From an uncultured Gemmatimonadales bacterium (GTDB lineage: Bacteria > Gemmatimonadota > Gemmatimonadetes > Palauibacterales > Palauibacteraceae), in assembly GCA_963783385.1 (NCBI GenBank), contig CAWANJ010000007.1:32001-96000 (forward strand): 64,000 nucleotides of DNA, in the 5' to 3' direction. Both the position numbers and the translations under genes were made by a program. The first letter of the stretch is position 1; each line of letters begins with the position of its first letter. Positions 61,159 to 64,000 of this stretch are shown here, piece after piece. The notes under the pieces were generated by a model. That model did no database searches, was not told the origin of the DNA, and was given only the letters and a program-made list of their open reading frames with translations.

Positions 61159-61953
61159 TTGATCTACATCGGACTCCCGGTCCACGACGAGCGGCACACG
61201 ATCGGGCCCCTGCTGTGGCGCATCCGAAAGGTGCTGCTGGAGCAGGGCGGAGACTTCCACCTGGTGGTCGTGGACGACGCGTCCACGGACGGGACCGACC
61301 GGGCGCTCGAGCCGTATCGGCGCATCCTCCCCCTCACCCTCATCCACCACGAGGCTCGCAAGGGCTATGCGGCCTCGCTGGAGCGCATCGTCCGGGAGGT
61401 TCTGGAGCGCTCGGGCTACCACCGCCGCGATGCGCTCCTCACCCTGCAGGCCGACTTCACCGACGCCCCGGAGGCCATCCCGGAAATGATCCGCCGCTTC
61501 CGGAGCGGGGCCGACCTGGTGGTCGGCGCTCCACGCCTCGACCGCAGGCCCCCGACCGCGGTGCGGCTGGGCCGGGCGGGAGCCTCGTTCCTGACCCGCT
61601 CGCTCCCGGCGGCCCACGAGGTGGAGGATCCCCTCGGCGGGTTCCGGCTCTACCGGCTGTTCCTGCTGGAGCGGGCACTCCGGGAGGCGTCCGGCGCGGA
61701 CGGTCGGCTGTTGCGGCACCAGGGGTGGGCGGCCAACGCCGAGCTGCTCGTCCGCGTCCTCGCTCACGCCCGCAGGGTGGAGGAGGTGGAGTTCCCGCTC
61801 ACCTACACGCGCCGCTATAGGGAGAGCCGGTTCCGGGCCCTCCCGGAGCTGTGGGGGCTGGTCAGGGTCGGCCTGGACCGCGGGCTGCGCAGGGCCGCGC
61901 GCGGCGGCGACGGGCCGGAGCAGGCGCTGGAGGCCGGAGGCGGGTCGGGGTGA
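61159..61953 (+). CDS. DPM1/GtrB-like glycosyltransferase family 2
   Basis: LPVHDE, VVDDASTDGT, KGY, TLQADF, DLVVG, DPLGGFRLY; TTG start. Confidence 0.8.
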   Translation: MIYIGLPVHDERHTIGPLLWRIRKVLLEQGGDFHLVVVDDASTDGTDRALEPYRRILPLTLIHHEARKGYAASLERIVREVLERSGYHRRDALLTLQADFTDAPEAIPEMIRRFRSGADLVVGAPRLDRRPPTAVRLGRAGASFLTRSLPAAHEVEDPLGGFRLYRLFLLERALREASGADGRLLRHQGWAANAELLVRVLAHARRVEEVEFPLTYTRRYRESRFRALPELWGLVRVGLDRGLRRAARGGDGPEQALEAGGGSG

Positions 61954-62927
61954 CGCGGCGGGCTCGCGCCGTTCCCACGCTGCCGGCCGCCGCGGCCGCC
62001 GCGGCCGCCGTGCTCCTGGCGACGGCGCCCGCCGCCGGGGCCGACACGACCCGGGTCGACACGCTGGCCCCCGACACCACCGCGGAGGCGGCCTGGCCCT
62101 TCCGCGTCGGGGAGCGGGCCACCTACGCCGTGACCCTCGGTCCGGTGAAGGTGGGCGGCGCCTCCCTGGCGGTCGAGGCGGCCGACACGATCCGGGGGAC
62201 GCCCACCTGGCGCGTCGCCATGGCGCTCCGGGGCGGCACCTTCTTCTATCACCTGGACGATCGTCAGGTGAGCTGGATCGCGCCACGGCCCTTCCGGTCC
62301 CTGCGCTTCGAGCAGCACCTGAGGGAGGGAAGCTACCGTCGAGACCGCAGGTACTGCCTGGACCAGCGCGCGGGGCGCTACTGGCGCTTCGACCGGGCCG
62401 ACGACGGGGGCTGGCGCTCGCCGCCCGGTGACGACGACCGGGACGAGGGGATGCCGATGCCCCCGGCCGCCCTGGACGAGATCGCCTTCCTGTACTTCGC
62501 CCGCACGCTGTCCCTCGCGCCTGGCACGACGTACCGCTTCGCCCGCTACTTCGAGGCCGAGGGGAACCCCGTGGTGCTCGAGGTGCTCCGGCGCGAGACC
62601 ATCACGGTCCCCGCCGGACGCTTCCGGACCGTCGTCGTCCATCCGATCATCAGGACCGGAGGGATGTTCGGCGAGGGGGGCAAGGCGGAAGTGTACTTCA
62701 GCGACGACGAACGGCACGTGGTGGTCCAGCTGGCGACATCCATGAAGGTGGGCAGGCTGAATCTCTACCTGAAGGACTACCGGCCGGGCGAGGAGCCGGG
62801 CACCGTACGGCCCGACTCCGTCGCCCCCGCCGACGCGCTCAGTCCATCGGGAGCGCCCCCGCCGGCATCTCCACCTTCGTGTAGCCCGCCGGAGGCTGGA
62901 ACAGGCTCGCGTCCAGCGAGGCGGTAG
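61950..62927 (+). CDS. DUF3108-like exported protein
   Basis: Signal peptide; PFRVGERATY, LDEIAFLYFAR, ETITVPAGRF, VYFSDDERH. Confidence 0.75.
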   Translation: MTRRARAVPTLPAAAAAAAAVLLATAPAAGADTTRVDTLAPDTTAEAAWPFRVGERATYAVTLGPVKVGGASLAVEAADTIRGTPTWRVAMALRGGTFFYHLDDRQVSWIAPRPFRSLRFEQHLREGSYRRDRRYCLDQRAGRYWRFDRADDGGWRSPPGDDDRDEGMPMPPAALDEIAFLYFARTLSLAPGTTYRFARYFEAEGNPVVLEVLRRETITVPAGRFRTVVVHPIIRTGGMFGEGGKAEVYFSDDERHVVVQLATSMKVGRLNLYLKDYRPGEEPGTVRPDSVAPADALSPSGAPPPASPPSCSPPEAGTGSRPARR

Positions 62928-63888
62928 ACAGGTCCTGGAGCTTCGTCGTGCTCTGGAACAGGAGGGCACGACCGGCCTGGTCGTTCCCCTCCGCCTTCTT
63001 CTCGATCTTCTTCTCGATCTTCTTCTTGAAGAATCCCCCCAGGCCGCCGCCGCCGGAGTCCTCCTTCTTCTGGGCCTCCTGCGCGCTCTTGCCGCTGGCC
63101 TCGGTCTCGATCTTCAGGACCGTCAGTATCGGCGCGCCCTCGAGCTTGGATGCGTCCGTGGCCAGCTTCGCGTAGCTGTCGGCCGCCTCGGGACTGGACT
63201 GCGCCAGGAGCTTGCCGATGCCGGCGGTCGAGGCGCGCCAGGACTCACCCAGCTTCTCCGCCAGCTTCTTGTAGAAGGCGTGCACCTGGTCGTAGGCCGT
63301 CACGTCCTTCGCCAGCCACATGTCCGAGGTCGCGTACAGGGTGGCGGTGTCGGACTTCACGGTGTCCGCCCCCTGGACGGTCATGCTGAGCACGGCCTCG
63401 TCGCATTCGTGGCCGTCGATCGTCTGCGTCTTGCCCGTCCGGTCGAGCTTCACGCTGCCGGTGACCTTCACGTGGCTGGAGTCGGCCGGCGCCCCGGACG
63501 GCGCCGAGGCGGTGTCCTCCTGCTGGCCGGCGGCCTCCTGACTGGCCTGGTCCGCGGCCTCCTGGAGGCGCTTCCGGAACTCGTCGAAGGTGAGGACGCT
63601 GTATTCCTTCTTCGCGTGGTCGACGTCGATGAACATCTCTCGGTCCAGGTCGATGATCTTCGACCGGTCGCCGCTGTCGATGCGCAGGACGTTGCCCTTG
63701 AGGAAAGTCGTGTCGGTGTGGGGCTTGCCGACCCCCATGAACCGAGCGGCGGCGCCCAGCGTTCCGCCCAGCTTGAAGGTGGTCTCCGTCTCGTAGCGGA
63801 CGTCCTGGGCCCGGGCCTGGACGGACCCGACCGCGAGGAGCGCCAGCGCCACGACCAGCGCCCGCGAGCGGTGCATCTTTGAATACAT
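62839..63888 (-). CDS. Secreted hypothetical protein (DUF4412-like)
   Basis: Signal peptide ending ARA-Q; IIDLD, TGKTQTIDGHEC, SLFQPPAGYTKV; GAGG RBS. Confidence 0.7.
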   Translation of the reverse strand: MYSKMHRSRALVVALALLAVGSVQARAQDVRYETETTFKLGGTLGAAARFMGVGKPHTDTTFLKGNVLRIDSGDRSKIIDLDREMFIDVDHAKKEYSVLTFDEFRKRLQEAADQASQEAAGQQEDTASAPSGAPADSSHVKVTGSVKLDRTGKTQTIDGHECDEAVLSMTVQGADTVKSDTATLYATSDMWLAKDVTAYDQVHAFYKKLAEKLGESWRASTAGIGKLLAQSSPEAADSYAKLATDASKLEGAPILTVLKIETEASGKSAQEAQKKEDSGGGGLGGFFKKKIEKKIEKKAEGNDQAGRALLFQSTTKLQDLSTASLDASLFQPPAGYTKVEMPAGALPMD

Positions 63889-64000
63889 GGTGGACCTCTG
63901 AACCGTGGCCCCTCGGCCACGCGCCGGTTGGGCCGTGCCCGGGTCGCCGCGGCGGGTTCCGCGGCGCGGCGCGGCCCGGCCGGACCCGGGTGGATCCGAC

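Overview
Very GC-rich (roughly 70%+) diderm bacterial DNA. The gene set suggests Gemmatimonadota or a related FCB lineage, which is inference only. The window is mostly cell-envelope genes. (i) A ~21-kb Wzx/Wzy polysaccharide operon (7.3-28.6 kb) has gmd, a PglF/CapD-type dehydratase, a WbpB/D/E/I-like 2,3-diacetamido-uronic-acid pathway, GT4s, a lipoprotein D-glucuronyl C5-epimerase homologue, a sulfotransferase and a FemAB-type GNAT. (ii) Next come a convergent PAPS-supply operon (cysQ-cysC-sat-SLC13 permease) and a large SLBB export protein. (iii) An LPS cluster (lptFG, GT9, PorX-like REC-PglZ, MsbA-like, two GT87s, Kdo kinase, GT2/GT4s, LpxL-like) is interrupted by a three-gene peptidase/hydrolase block. 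The strongest unexplained signal is non-coding: five copies of a ~58-bp AT-rich element made of six TGNCA motifs at 10-bp spacing, forming an imperfect palindrome with self-complementary GC-rich flanks. Every copy sits at a strand-switch point, and pairs of copies bracket whole operons. About 15 small frameshifts in otherwise intact genes are probably long-read errors. No rRNA, tRNA, CRISPR array, transposase or integrase was found.
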